Shown here: in pieces, positions 17,648 to 26,432 of the stretch
Layout: every line of letters starts with the position of its first letter
Position numbering within the stretch: the first letter of the stretch is position 1
Source: Erysipelotrichaceae bacterium MTC7
GTDB lineage: Bacteria > Bacillota_I > Bacilli_A > Erysipelotrichales > Erysipelotrichaceae
Direction of reading: 5' to 3'
DNA: 32,000 bases
Assembly: GCA_001695645.1 (NCBI GenBank)
Contig: LVZN01000013.1
Location: 1 to 32,000 of the forward strand
The notes under the pieces: generated by a model
Told to the model about the DNA's origin: nothing
The model's input: only the letters and a program-made list of their open reading frames with translations
Database searches by the model: none
Program-made: the position numbers and the translations under genes

Positions 17648-18911
17648 TTGTAATAACGACTGTGGTTCATGTAGCGAAAACTGTAACGATAGAACCACAC
17701 CGCAAAGTTTTTTAGAAGAACCAAATAAGAACGCTAACATCAAGAAAGTCATCGGAATCGTAAGTGGTAAAGGTGGCGTTGGAAAATCACTTGTCACTTC
17801 TCTACTTGCCTCAAGCATGCAAAGAAAAGGTTATCCAAGTGCGATTCTTGATGGAGATATCACAGGACCTTCCATTCCAAAAGCGTTTGGAATTAAAGAT
17901 AAAGCCTATGGAAATGACAACGGTATGTTCCCTGCGACTTCTAGTACAGGTGTAAAACTCTTTTCAACCAACATGTTGCTTCAAAACGAAAGTGATCCAG
18001 TCGTTTGGCGTGGACCAGTTATTGCTGGAATGATCAAGCAATTCTGGCAAGAAGTACAATGGGGTGATGTAGATTACATGTTTGTTGATATGCCTCCAGG
18101 AACTGGAGATGTACCATTGACTGTCTTCCAATCTCTTCCTGTTGATGGAATTATCATTGTGACAAGTCCACAAGAACTGGTATCAATGATTGTTGAAAAA
18201 GCAGTCAACATGGCAAACATGATGCAAATCCCAGTTTTGGGTATAGTTGAAAATATGAGTTACTTCATTTGTGATTCTTGTAATAAAGAACACCATATTT
18301 TCGGTGATAGTCACCTTGAAGAAATTGCTGAAAAATTTGGCATTGAAACCATTGCACGTTTACCGATGGACCCTAGCTTTGCAAAACTTGTTGACCAAGG
18401 AAGAATTGAAGATTTAAACGTGACCCAAATTCAACCAATCACAACCATGTTGGAAACCGTTGAAAGCCTTCATAACAATAAAGAAGAAGCAACAGATCAA
18501 CCAGCAACAAATATAACTGCAATTGTAGCAATACCATACGATAAAGGACAAGTGTTCCAACATTTTGGTAAAACCAAAGAGTTCAAGATTTACACTGTCA
18601 AAAATAGTCAAATCACGAATCAAAGAATCATTTCTGCTGGTACAGCGGGACACCACGAACTTGTAAATGTATTACAAGCGCAAAATGTCGACACTTTACT
18701 TTGTGGTGGTATGGGTAATGGTGCCAAGGATGCAAACGAAGCTGCAGGTATTACTGTATACACAGGATTTACAGGCAGTTGCGAACAAGCAATCGCCAAA
18801 TACATAAGTGGAACTGCGACATTATCAAGTGATGCAACATGCGATCACCATGATCACGAACATCATCACGACCATGAGCACCAATGTAGTGGAAACTGCG
18901 CAAATCACTAA
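17640..18911 (+). CDS. Mrp/NBP35 (ApbC-like) P-loop ATPase fused to a NifB/NifX-like (Nitro_FeMo-Co type) domain and a His-rich tail
   Basis: The start at ATG 17640 lies 9 nt after AAGGAGG. The N-terminus has CNNDCGSCSENC. The deviant Walker A GKGGVGKS is at 17766..17789, and the CDSC (CxxC) motif is at 18270..18281. The C-terminal domain (about 18513..18809) reads IAIPYDKGQVFQHFGKTKEFKIY...LLCGGMGNGAKDANEAAGITVY. The tail is CDHHDHEHHHDHEHQCSGNCANH (18837..18908). Confidence 0.85.
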   Translation: MSNCNNDCGSCSENCNDRTTPQSFLEEPNKNANIKKVIGIVSGKGGVGKSLVTSLLASSMQRKGYPSAILDGDITGPSIPKAFGIKDKAYGNDNGMFPATSSTGVKLFSTNMLLQNESDPVVWRGPVIAGMIKQFWQEVQWGDVDYMFVDMPPGTGDVPLTVFQSLPVDGIIIVTSPQELVSMIVEKAVNMANMMQIPVLGIVENMSYFICDSCNKEHHIFGDSHLEEIAEKFGIETIARLPMDPSFAKLVDQGRIEDLNVTQIQPITTMLETVESLHNNKEEATDQPATNITAIVAIPYDKGQVFQHFGKTKEFKIYTVKNSQITNQRIISAGTAGHHELVNVLQAQNVDTLLCGGMGNGAKDANEAAGITVYTGFTGSCEQAIAKYISGTATLSSDATCDHHDHEHHHDHEHQCSGNCANH

Positions 18912-18921
18912 AACCAAAAAC

Positions 18922-18950
18922 AAAGAGAACTCAGCATTTGAGTTCTCTTT
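18922..18950. terminator. Bidirectional rho-independent terminator shared by the Mrp-fusion gene (+) and the adhesin gene (-)
   Basis: A perfect 12-bp stem, aaagagaactca / tgagttctcttt, has a 5-nt loop. T-runs follow on both strands: ...cttttTGTG on the plus strand and gtttttggtttt on the minus strand. Confidence 0.85.
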
Positions 18951-18982
18951 TTGTGTCTACATCCAAACGAATTTAGATTTGA

Positions 18983-21900
18983 CTATTTTTTGTTTTTTCT
19001 AAATTTGTAAGTTCCTAATACAACACCTGCTGCTAGCAACAATAATGCTGCATATGCCATAACGTTTGTTGTATCACCTGTAGCGATTGAAGGTAATCCT
19101 AAAACAGTTTCTTCTTTCTTAGGTTCTTCTTTTGGTTTGTCTATTGAAGGTGATTGTGTACGAACATAAATTTCAATTACATTCTTTTCGCCATCAACGT
19201 CTAGTTTTGCTATTTCACCGTAAGGTGTAACAAAACTTTGATTGTTTTCTAGTTTAACTGTATCTAAGAAATCTTTATAGTGTACGTGCCCAAATGCATC
19301 TGTAACGTAAAGTCCACTATATGCGTTTTCTGCAATAACCTCTTTATTTGCTTCGTGCATTACACGAACAGTTGCATTTGTTTTTATACGAGCTACTTCA
19401 ATAACAATTACGTTATCAGCATCTTCAACGCTTAATGTAATCGTTGGACGTGTTCCCAGTACTTCGTACCCTTCTGGAAGAACTCCGTCAACAAATTGGT
19501 TGTAGTCCGATGGAGTAAATTCGTCATTCACGAAAAGATCAAAGAAATCTTTTGTTCCCAATTCTTTTTGTCCACCATCAGTAACATCAACAACCTTTAC
19601 AGTAGCTGCAGTTGTCATTCGCTTGATATTAATTATGATATCATTACCTGTTTCATTAAGTGTTATTGAATCACGAGGGTCAATTTCTTTATAACCATAT
19701 GGAACTGCACTATCTACAAAATCATTGTATTGATCTGGTCCAAATTCATCAGTTGCTTTTAAGTTTTCATAGATTCGCGATGCCACAAATACTGGAGAAT
19801 CAGTCGTAACATCATAAACAGTCACTGTCGCAAATGTACTCTTTTTAGCAATATAAACAATAATTGTGTTCGCTTCCTCATTTTCAGACAAAGTAATAGA
19901 TGAAGATGGATTTACCCCAACAACTTCATACCCTAATGGTGTGTTTGCAGTAACAAAACTACCATAATCACTTTCACCAAACGTATCTGTAGCTTTTAAT
20001 TCTGTAAATGCTTTGACTGCTGATCCGTCCGGAATATCAGTTGGATTTTGTTGGTCCTCAGTTTTTACCACAATTACTTTTGCAGTCGTATCCATTTTGG
20101 TGATAGAGAATCTAAACACATTCTTACTCGAGTCAGCTTGTAGTTCCCTTTCACCATCCCATCCATTAATCTTGTATCCAGGATATGCTTTAAGTAAATC
20201 TTCAATAACTGTTGAAGCATCAGTCAATGGATAGAATTCTACAGCTGCTTGTAACTCTGTAATTTTTGCAGAGTCTAAAATTTTTCCATTATCAATATCG
20301 TCTAAGTGCATTTGAATTGTTACTGATGTTTTTGCCTTTGTCATGTATAGTTTAATGTGGTTATTTTCTGCACCACCTGGCACTAGGGTTGCATCTGTAA
20401 CACCCGTAGTTACCAATACGTAATTTGGTTCTCTAGCTGCAATAGCATTTGCCTCAGCCAAGATTGTATTTGCAGCAATCACATCATTTACATGACCACT
20501 AATTTCAGTTGTTGTACCTACAACATCTCCACTATCTATACTATCTCTATAAACAGTAATTTTATACTTTGTTGGAGCATTTGCTACAACGTGAATGACA
20601 TTCGTATCAGCATTTTTTGTAAGGTTTATTGAAGTAAGCGTAGAGTTATCAATAACATGATTTGCATAGATGCCAGTTAGGAATGCTTCTAGTTCATTCA
20701 CATAACTGTTCGCATCAAGTGCAGTTCCAACTTTAGCTTCTCCAGGTATGGTACCGATAGTCGCTCCATTTATTGCATTTTCGTGTAATACGATTTTATA
20801 TCCAACTTTTTTTACATAATGAATACTTGGAGAATTGTTGAAACTAGTTGTAGATTCAGATTTACCATTCAACGTGTAAGTAATACTAGCGTTTTTGTTT
20901 GAAACATATGTATCTTTCTCAAAAGTTGCTTTACTTTCATTAAATCTTACATTGAATGAGAATTCTTTAGTTGAACTATTTGCATCTCCAACTGTAATGT
21001 TGGCAGTTTTATTTCTTACATCAAGAGCGACACCAGCTGTCCCACTGTCAGAAACAATATCAAACTCATCAGTTACAACATCTTTAATTGACACATTCGT
21101 TGCCGTTGGAATCGTTGATAACATTTTATCAATAATTGCTGTTATATCTTCAGAAATATCTTGAGGATTTGAGGTATATGCATAATCTGGCTTTGATGCC
21201 AAAGACTTAATTAGTGTTTCTGCCGCGGATCCCGATTCTAAGCCATAACCTAAAGTAAATACTGTAGATAAAGATTTTAACTTATCACCAGCATCTTTTG
21301 TAGGTTTAATGTGATCACCAGAATATCGAATAGCATATTTTTTTCCATCAATTACACAATCATGAGAAATCCATGGATCCCCTAAATGACGATTTGGCTC
21401 ACCATCTCCTAAGATAAATGCGTAGTTATCCGCGTTTGTTTTACCTTTAAACCATTCATTAGCTTTAAGTACAGCGTAGTGCATATTTGTATTACCATCT
21501 GCATCACCAAATTGCGAATCTTCATCTTTTCCAAAACTATATGCTTTGCTTGTAACATCTCCAGCAAATGTGATTAATTGAATAGTTACAGTTCTCGCCG
21601 GCTTAATATCTTTTAAAGCATTGGCTAATTTTTTCACCGCATTTTTCGCATTTTTAAACTTGTTACCATCCATTGATCCTGAGCGGTCCACTATCAAAGC
21701 TACATTCAATGGTTTTGGTTTTTGTTGAATATCACCACCTTTTACTTTAAAGGTAATTTTATATTCACCATTGTCTAGTTTTTCAAGTGATTTTTCCCAC
21801 TCAATCCCATCAATTGTCGTCTCATTTGTATCAGTTGACGAAATTTTACTTGTGGCAACATCACCATCAGTTAGAGCAGTTGGTTTAAAATCTTTTGCCA

Positions 21901-21994
21901 TTACTGTCATGTTTGAAACAGTAGTAAAAACTACAGCAAAAGCAATAAAAACAATGCTTAACGTACGTAAGGTTTTTCTTAACTTTTTATTCAT
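18983..21994 (-). CDS. Large secreted surface adhesin: signal peptide, vWA (MIDAS) domain, Ig-like domain, seven MucBP-like repeats, and a C-terminal sorting-signal-like anchor
   Basis: 1003 aa. The signal peptide is MNKKLRKTLRTLSIVFIAFAVVFTTVSNMTVMA|KD. The vWA MIDAS motif is VALIVDRSGSMDG (DxSxS at 21674..21688). About seven divergent 75-85-aa repeats occupy residues ~397-946 (19157..20806). The C-terminus is LPSIATGD plus a hydrophobic helix plus KFRKNKK. The SD is aaggagg. Confidence 0.88.
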   Translation of the reverse strand: MNKKLRKTLRTLSIVFIAFAVVFTTVSNMTVMAKDFKPTALTDGDVATSKISSTDTNETTIDGIEWEKSLEKLDNGEYKITFKVKGGDIQQKPKPLNVALIVDRSGSMDGNKFKNAKNAVKKLANALKDIKPARTVTIQLITFAGDVTSKAYSFGKDEDSQFGDADGNTNMHYAVLKANEWFKGKTNADNYAFILGDGEPNRHLGDPWISHDCVIDGKKYAIRYSGDHIKPTKDAGDKLKSLSTVFTLGYGLESGSAAETLIKSLASKPDYAYTSNPQDISEDITAIIDKMLSTIPTATNVSIKDVVTDEFDIVSDSGTAGVALDVRNKTANITVGDANSSTKEFSFNVRFNESKATFEKDTYVSNKNASITYTLNGKSESTTSFNNSPSIHYVKKVGYKIVLHENAINGATIGTIPGEAKVGTALDANSYVNELEAFLTGIYANHVIDNSTLTSINLTKNADTNVIHVVANAPTKYKITVYRDSIDSGDVVGTTTEISGHVNDVIAANTILAEANAIAAREPNYVLVTTGVTDATLVPGGAENNHIKLYMTKAKTSVTIQMHLDDIDNGKILDSAKITELQAAVEFYPLTDASTVIEDLLKAYPGYKINGWDGERELQADSSKNVFRFSITKMDTTAKVIVVKTEDQQNPTDIPDGSAVKAFTELKATDTFGESDYGSFVTANTPLGYEVVGVNPSSSITLSENEEANTIIVYIAKKSTFATVTVYDVTTDSPVFVASRIYENLKATDEFGPDQYNDFVDSAVPYGYKEIDPRDSITLNETGNDIIINIKRMTTAATVKVVDVTDGGQKELGTKDFFDLFVNDEFTPSDYNQFVDGVLPEGYEVLGTRPTITLSVEDADNVIVIEVARIKTNATVRVMHEANKEVIAENAYSGLYVTDAFGHVHYKDFLDTVKLENNQSFVTPYGEIAKLDVDGEKNVIEIYVRTQSPSIDKPKEEPKKEETVLGLPSIATGDTTNVMAYAALLLLAAGVVLGTYKFRKNKK

Positions 21995-22020
21995 ACTTTC
22001 CTCCTTAGTTCTTTAAACAT

Positions 22021-22049
22021 ATTTTAATGTATTTTATAAGTATTGTAAA
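22021..22049 (-). promoter_or_regulatory. Candidate promoter for the adhesin gene
   Basis: The minus strand reads TTTACA (22049..22044), a 17-nt spacer, then TAAAAT (22026..22021), about 27 nt upstream of the ATG. Confidence 0.45.
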
Positions 22050-22120
22050 GGTTTTTTTATAAGAGAAAGAGTCCATTTAAAAACCAAATTATAACTAGTT
22101 TTACAAGTTTGGATAAGAAA

Positions 22121-22138
22121 AAAAGGCCAAAAGGCCTT
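22121..22138 (-). terminator. Rho-independent terminator of tsf
   Basis: aaaggcc / ggccttt forms a 7-bp stem with a 4-nt loop. A T7 run follows on the minus strand. It starts 7 nt after the tsf stop. Confidence 0.75.
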
Positions 22139-22144
22139 TAAAAA

Positions 22145-23032
22145 TTATTTATTGATTTGACTCATTACTTCTTCAGCGAAGTTTTCTTCTCTTTTTTCGA
22201 TTCCTTCACCTACAGCGTAACGTACGAATGTTACAACTTCAGCTCCGTTTTCTTTCAAGAATTGAGCAACTTTTAAGTTAGGATCTTTGAAGTAGATTTG
22301 GTCAATTAAACTTACGTCTTGTAATGATTTAGATAAACGACCTTCAACGATTCCTTTAAGAACGTTTTCTGGTTTTGATTTTAAACTTTCATCATTGTTT
22401 AAGATTTCCGTTTGAATTTGTCTTTCTTTATCAATAAATTCTTGTGGCATGTGGTCACGAGAAATGTATTGAGGAGACATTGATGCAACTTGCATTGCGA
22501 TGTCTTTAGCAACTTCAGCATTTCCGCCTTTTAATACAGTTAAAGCAGAAATTTTTCCACCCATGTGCATGTAAGCTCCAAATACGTCATCGCTAGCTTT
22601 TTCAATCACTTCAAAGCGACGTAGTGAAATTCTTTCACCGATTGTAGCTGTTGCATTTGCAATTAAAGTTTCTAATGAATCACCTTCTGTAACTAGTGCT
22701 AATGCACTGTCCATGTCACTTGGTTTGTTTGATAATAAAATTCCTTGAATTTTATCTAATAATTCAGTGAATTGTTCGTTTTTCGCAACGAAGTCTGTTT
22801 CTGAGTTAACTTCGAAGATTACAGCGATGTCTCCATCAGTTGCAACACGAGTTAATCCTTCAGCAGCAATTCTTCCTGATTTTTTAGCAGCTTTCGCGAT
22901 ACCTTTTTCACGTAGCCATTCAGCTGCTTTTTCCATATCTCCGTCAGTTTCTTGAAGGGCTTTTTTACAGTCCATCATCCCTGCGCCTGTTCTTTCTCTT
23001 AGTTCTTTTACCATTGCAGCAGTAATTGTCAT
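22145..23032 (-). CDS. tsf: Translation elongation factor Ts
   Basis: 295 aa. The N-terminus MVKELRERTGAGMMDCKKAL (UBA-like) and full-length EF-Ts similarity are present. Confidence 0.96.
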   Translation of the reverse strand: MTITAAMVKELRERTGAGMMDCKKALQETDGDMEKAAEWLREKGIAKAAKKSGRIAAEGLTRVATDGDIAVIFEVNSETDFVAKNEQFTELLDKIQGILLSNKPSDMDSALALVTEGDSLETLIANATATIGERISLRRFEVIEKASDDVFGAYMHMGGKISALTVLKGGNAEVAKDIAMQVASMSPQYISRDHMPQEFIDKERQIQTEILNNDESLKSKPENVLKGIVEGRLSKSLQDVSLIDQIYFKDPNLKVAQFLKENGAEVVTFVRYAVGEGIEKREENFAEEVMSQINK

Positions 23033-23061
23033 AGTAAGTCTCCTTTCTTTACGTTATGTAA

Positions 23062-24051
23062 TTATGCTTCTTTTTTATCTTCTGTTTTAGCTTCTGCAGT
23101 TGTTGCTGTTTCAGCTGGTTTGTTGTTGTAAGCTGGTCTGTTTCCACCTTGTGCTCCACGGTTGTCATCACGACGTCCTTGGTAAGGTTTTCTTGGACCA
23201 CGGTTGTCACGTCCATCACGTTTGTTAGCGAAACGAGCACGACGTTCTTCGTATTTAGCACGACGACGACGTTCGTTTTCAGCGATTTGTTCTTCAACGT
23301 TAATGATTACATCTTTCATAGTTACATCTGGTTCAGTATCGTTTGCACATGAGTGAGCAACTGATAACAATCCACCTTTAGCTTCTACAATTGCATCAGC
23401 CATTAATGTAACGATTAATTTAATTGCACGCATTGCATCATCATTTGATGCGATTGGGTAATCAACTTCCTCTGGGTCACAGTTTGTGTCGATCATTGCG
23501 AATACAGGAATTCCTAATTTTTTTGCTTCCGCAATTGCGTTGTGTTCTTCTTTTGGATCAACAACAAAGATTGCATCTGGAAGTTTTTTCATTTCTTTAA
23601 TTCCACCCAAGAAGTTTTCTAAACGAGCTTTTTGTTTGCGGAATTGTGCTTGTTCTTTTTTCGTGTATACGTCGATTAATCCAGTTGATTCCATTTCTTC
23701 AATTTCGATTAAACGTTTTACACGTTTTTGGATAGTACGGTAGTTTGTTAATAATCCACCTAACCATCTTTGGTTTACATAGAAACTTCCTGAACGTAAA
23801 GCTTCTTCAACGATAGTTCCTTGTGCTTGTTTTTTTGTTCCAACAAATAATACTTTACCACCTTTTTCAGCGATTGCTTTCATTGCGTTGTAAGCCGTAT
23901 CGATTTGTTTTTCAGTTTCTTCTAAGTTAATGATGTATACACCGTTTCTTGAACCATAAATATATGGTTTCATTTTTGGGTTCCATCTTCTTGTTTGGTG
24001 TCCGAAGTGTACACCTGATTCTAATAGTTGTCTCATTGAAACAATTGACAT
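23062..24051 (-). CDS. rpsB: 30S ribosomal protein S2 with a ~75-aa Arg/Gly/Asn/Asp-rich C-terminal extension
   Basis: The canonical S2 core ([43 protein letters not shown]) runs to about residue 250. The tail then reads [72 protein letters not shown]. Confidence 0.95.
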   Translation of the reverse strand: MSIVSMRQLLESGVHFGHQTRRWNPKMKPYIYGSRNGVYIINLEETEKQIDTAYNAMKAIAEKGGKVLFVGTKKQAQGTIVEEALRSGSFYVNQRWLGGLLTNYRTIQKRVKRLIEIEEMESTGLIDVYTKKEQAQFRKQKARLENFLGGIKEMKKLPDAIFVVDPKEEHNAIAEAKKLGIPVFAMIDTNCDPEEVDYPIASNDDAMRAIKLIVTLMADAIVEAKGGLLSVAHSCANDTEPDVTMKDVIINVEEQIAENERRRRAKYEERRARFANKRDGRDNRGPRKPYQGRRDDNRGAQGGNRPAYNNKPAETATTAEAKTEDKKEA

Positions 24052-24184
24052 AAGTAAGTCCTCTCTTTCCGTTACTCCTCCATCAATTCAAAAGTTGATA
24101 ACTCATCGTCGCGAGGATTCTTCCTGCTAGAGCACGGATCAACCAATTCTTGATGTGTGTAGTCGTGTCTTCACACGCTAAGGT
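24052..24184 (-). promoter_or_regulatory. Structured ~125-nt 5' leader of rpsB-tsf
   Basis: The leader lies between the predicted -10 (24185..24190) and ATG 24051. It contains a cgtgt-gaag-acacg hairpin, four mutually complementary ATCAA/TTGAT pentamers (24082..24086, 24095..24099, 24138..24142, 24150..24154), and a decoy GGAGGAG (24075..24081) upstream of the real SD. Confidence 0.45.
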
Positions 24185-24213
24185 ATTGTACCACAAACAA
24201 ACCCCTTATTCAA
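24185..24213 (-). promoter_or_regulatory. rpsB promoter overlapping the xerC terminator
   Basis: The minus strand reads TTGAAT (24213..24208), a 17-nt spacer, then TGgTACAAT (TACAAT = 24190..24185). Confidence 0.6.
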
Positions 24214-24221
24214 TAGGGTTT
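24199..24221 (-). terminator. Weak hairpin terminator after xerC
   Basis: aaaccc / gggttt forms a 6-bp stem with an 11-nt loop, 14 nt after the xerC stop. It is followed on the minus strand by gtttgtttgtgg. Confidence 0.45.
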
Positions 24222-24234
24222 AAGAAAAACGCAT

Positions 24235-25140
24235 TCACGACTTAGCGCGTGGAAATGCGTTCTCATATGTAGATTTCAATTTATCTTGACTAATGTGTGT
24301 GTAAATCTGTGTGGTACTAAGTGAACTGTGTCCAAGTAGTTCTTGCACAATACGCAAATCTGCTCCATTATCCAGTAGATGCGTCGCAAAACTATGCCGC
24401 AACATATGTGGATGTACGTGCATGTTTAAACCACTTTTTAACACCACCTGATTTAAGATATATTGCACCCCACGACTGGTTAGCTGTTTACCTTTTTGGT
24501 TAATAAACACATATCCGTGTTTCTCATGTGTCCAACGTTCTCTTGTGCGCAGTACATACGTTTGCAAGAGTTCACCAACACTTTCGTAAAATGGCACCAT
24601 GCGTTGTTTATCACCTTTCCCAGTGACAATAAGTACTTGTTCCGAAAAATCAATGTCAGTGATTTTCAAATTCACCACTTCACTAACCCGCAAGCCACAA
24701 GCATACATAATCTCTATCATCGCACGATTGCGCAGACCCACATCATCGCTTGTATCCATTGAATCAAGTAGTTGGTCCAATTCATCTTCAAAAAGAAACT
24801 CGGGAATCTTCTTGTCGATTTTTGGCATCTTCACATAATGGAAAGGATTGTTTTGGATTCCAACATATTCATTTAGATACGAGAAAAACGAGCGAAGTGA
24901 ACTTAGCTTACGTGCAATACTACTGTTTTTTAAAGGACCATTTTTACTAAAGCGATTTCGCAATTCAACAATATAGTTACTTACCAAAAGCCGATCAACG
25001 TGATCGAAGTTTTGCACTCCCTCTTGTTCCATAAAGGCTTGAAATTCCTCAATGTCACGTTGGTAGGCTTCAGTAGTATGATCACTTCCTGAGTTTCTTT
25101 GTCGTGTATAGTTTAAGAAACGTTCAACGTACTCATTCAT
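24235..25140 (-). CDS. xerC: Tyrosine recombinase XerC/CodV type
   Basis: 301 aa. It has an N-terminal SAM-like domain and catalytic contexts [43 protein letters not shown] (R-H-R-Y). Confidence 0.9.
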   Translation of the reverse strand: MNEYVERFLNYTRQRNSGSDHTTEAYQRDIEEFQAFMEQEGVQNFDHVDRLLVSNYIVELRNRFSKNGPLKNSSIARKLSSLRSFFSYLNEYVGIQNNPFHYVKMPKIDKKIPEFLFEDELDQLLDSMDTSDDVGLRNRAMIEIMYACGLRVSEVVNLKITDIDFSEQVLIVTGKGDKQRMVPFYESVGELLQTYVLRTRERWTHEKHGYVFINQKGKQLTSRGVQYILNQVVLKSGLNMHVHPHMLRHSFATHLLDNGADLRIVQELLGHSSLSTTQIYTHISQDKLKSTYENAFPRAKS

Positions 25141-26429
25141 AGTTTTTCGACAATGGTTTCCATTACGCTTAATGCCTGCTTTGCATAAGCAGCTTTACGT
25201 TCACGTTTTTTCACTTTTGTTTCCAGTTGCATAATCCCAAAGTTTGCGTTCATCGGTTGGAAGTAGGCTGGATTGGTATGCGTTATGTAGTATGCTTGTG
25301 CACCAATGGCTGTGGTTGGTGGAAGTACAATTGGTTCTTCACCTTCCAGTAAACGTGCCATGTTGATTCCTGCAAGTGCTCCACTCGCTGTACTTTCTAC
25401 ATATCCTTCTACACCGCACATTTGTCCAGCGAAAAATAAATTGTCACGAATTTGACTTTGGTATGTTTGCTTTAAACATTTCGGTGCACACATAAATGTA
25501 TTACGGTGCATCACCCCATAACGAACAATCTCACAGTTTTCCAATCCTGGAATCATCTGTAAAATACGTTTTTGTTCGGGCCATTTTAAGTGTGTTTGAA
25601 ACCCGACAATATTATACAGTGTTGCTGCTGCATCATCCTGACGCAATTGCACAACCGCATACGGTTTATGGTTTTCATCTTTTTCCAACCCGACGGGTTT
25701 CATCGGTCCAAACAAAAGTGTTTTCTCACCACGCTTGGCAATCTCTTCAAATGGCATGCATCCCTCAAAGTATTTTTCATCTTCAAACTCTTTAGGTACG
25801 ACCACTTCTGCGTGAATGAGTTCATTGTAGAAGTTTTTAAACTGCTCTTCATCCATAGGACAATTGATGTAATCAGCTTCTCCTTTATCATAACGTGATT
25901 TGTAATACGCCTGACTAAAGTCAATGCTGTCTTTTTCAATAATAGGTGCTGCTGCATCATAGAAATGTAAGTAATCTTGTTGAAACAATTCTTTGATACT
26001 TTCTGACAACCCATCACTTGTGAGTGGACCCGTCGCTACAATAACATTCCCTTCAGGAATTTCTGTCAACTCATCCTCAATGACTTCTACCAATGGGTGT
26101 TCTCTTAATGTTTTAGTGACAGAAGCACTAAAACCTGCACGGTCCACAGCAAGTGCGCTACCGGCAGGTACTTGGTGCTCGTCAGCTTTTTGAATGATTA
26201 AAGAGTCAAGCATGCGTAACTCTTCCTTCATAATTCCAACTGCATTTTCTAACGAGTTAGAACGAAGTGAGTTACTACATACAAGTTCAGCAAAATCATT
26301 CGTGTGGTGAGCAGGTGTCATTTTCTTTGGTCGCATTTCGTAAAGTTTTACCTTGATCCCTCGTTTTACGAGTTGCCAAGTCGCTTCACTTCCTGCAAGT
26401 CCTGCTCCGATGACGATAACTTCTTTCAT
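25137..26429 (-). CDS. trmFO: Methylenetetrahydrofolate--tRNA-(uracil-5-)-methyltransferase TrmFO (Gid)
   Basis: 430 aa. [15 protein letters not shown] (FAD binding) and full-length TrmFO similarity are present. It sits in the conserved topA-trmFO-xerC order and overlaps xerC by ATGA. Confidence 0.93.
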   Translation of the reverse strand: MKEVIVIGAGLAGSEATWQLVKRGIKVKLYEMRPKKMTPAHHTNDFAELVCSNSLRSNSLENAVGIMKEELRMLDSLIIQKADEHQVPAGSALAVDRAGFSASVTKTLREHPLVEVIEDELTEIPEGNVIVATGPLTSDGLSESIKELFQQDYLHFYDAAAPIIEKDSIDFSQAYYKSRYDKGEADYINCPMDEEQFKNFYNELIHAEVVVPKEFEDEKYFEGCMPFEEIAKRGEKTLLFGPMKPVGLEKDENHKPYAVVQLRQDDAAATLYNIVGFQTHLKWPEQKRILQMIPGLENCEIVRYGVMHRNTFMCAPKCLKQTYQSQIRDNLFFAGQMCGVEGYVESTASGALAGINMARLLEGEEPIVLPPTTAIGAQAYYITHTNPAYFQPMNANFGIMQLETKVKKRERKAAYAKQALSVMETIVEKL

Positions 26430-26432
26430 ATT

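Noticed and set aside
17122-22144. I looked for direct repeats, att-like sites, an integrase or a tRNA flanking the tsf-pyrH insertion.
   Set aside because: Only trivial 7-8-mers (for example ctagttt) are shared between the two boundaries and no recombinase gene is present. The island cannot be called a defined mobile element.
23049-23297. 82-aa ORF in an alternative minus-strand frame over the rpsB tail
   Set aside because: It is the same strand but out of frame with the continuous S2 reading frame, and it overlaps the rpsB stop and the tsf SD region. It is a frame-shifted reading of the repetitive Arg/Asn-rich sequence.
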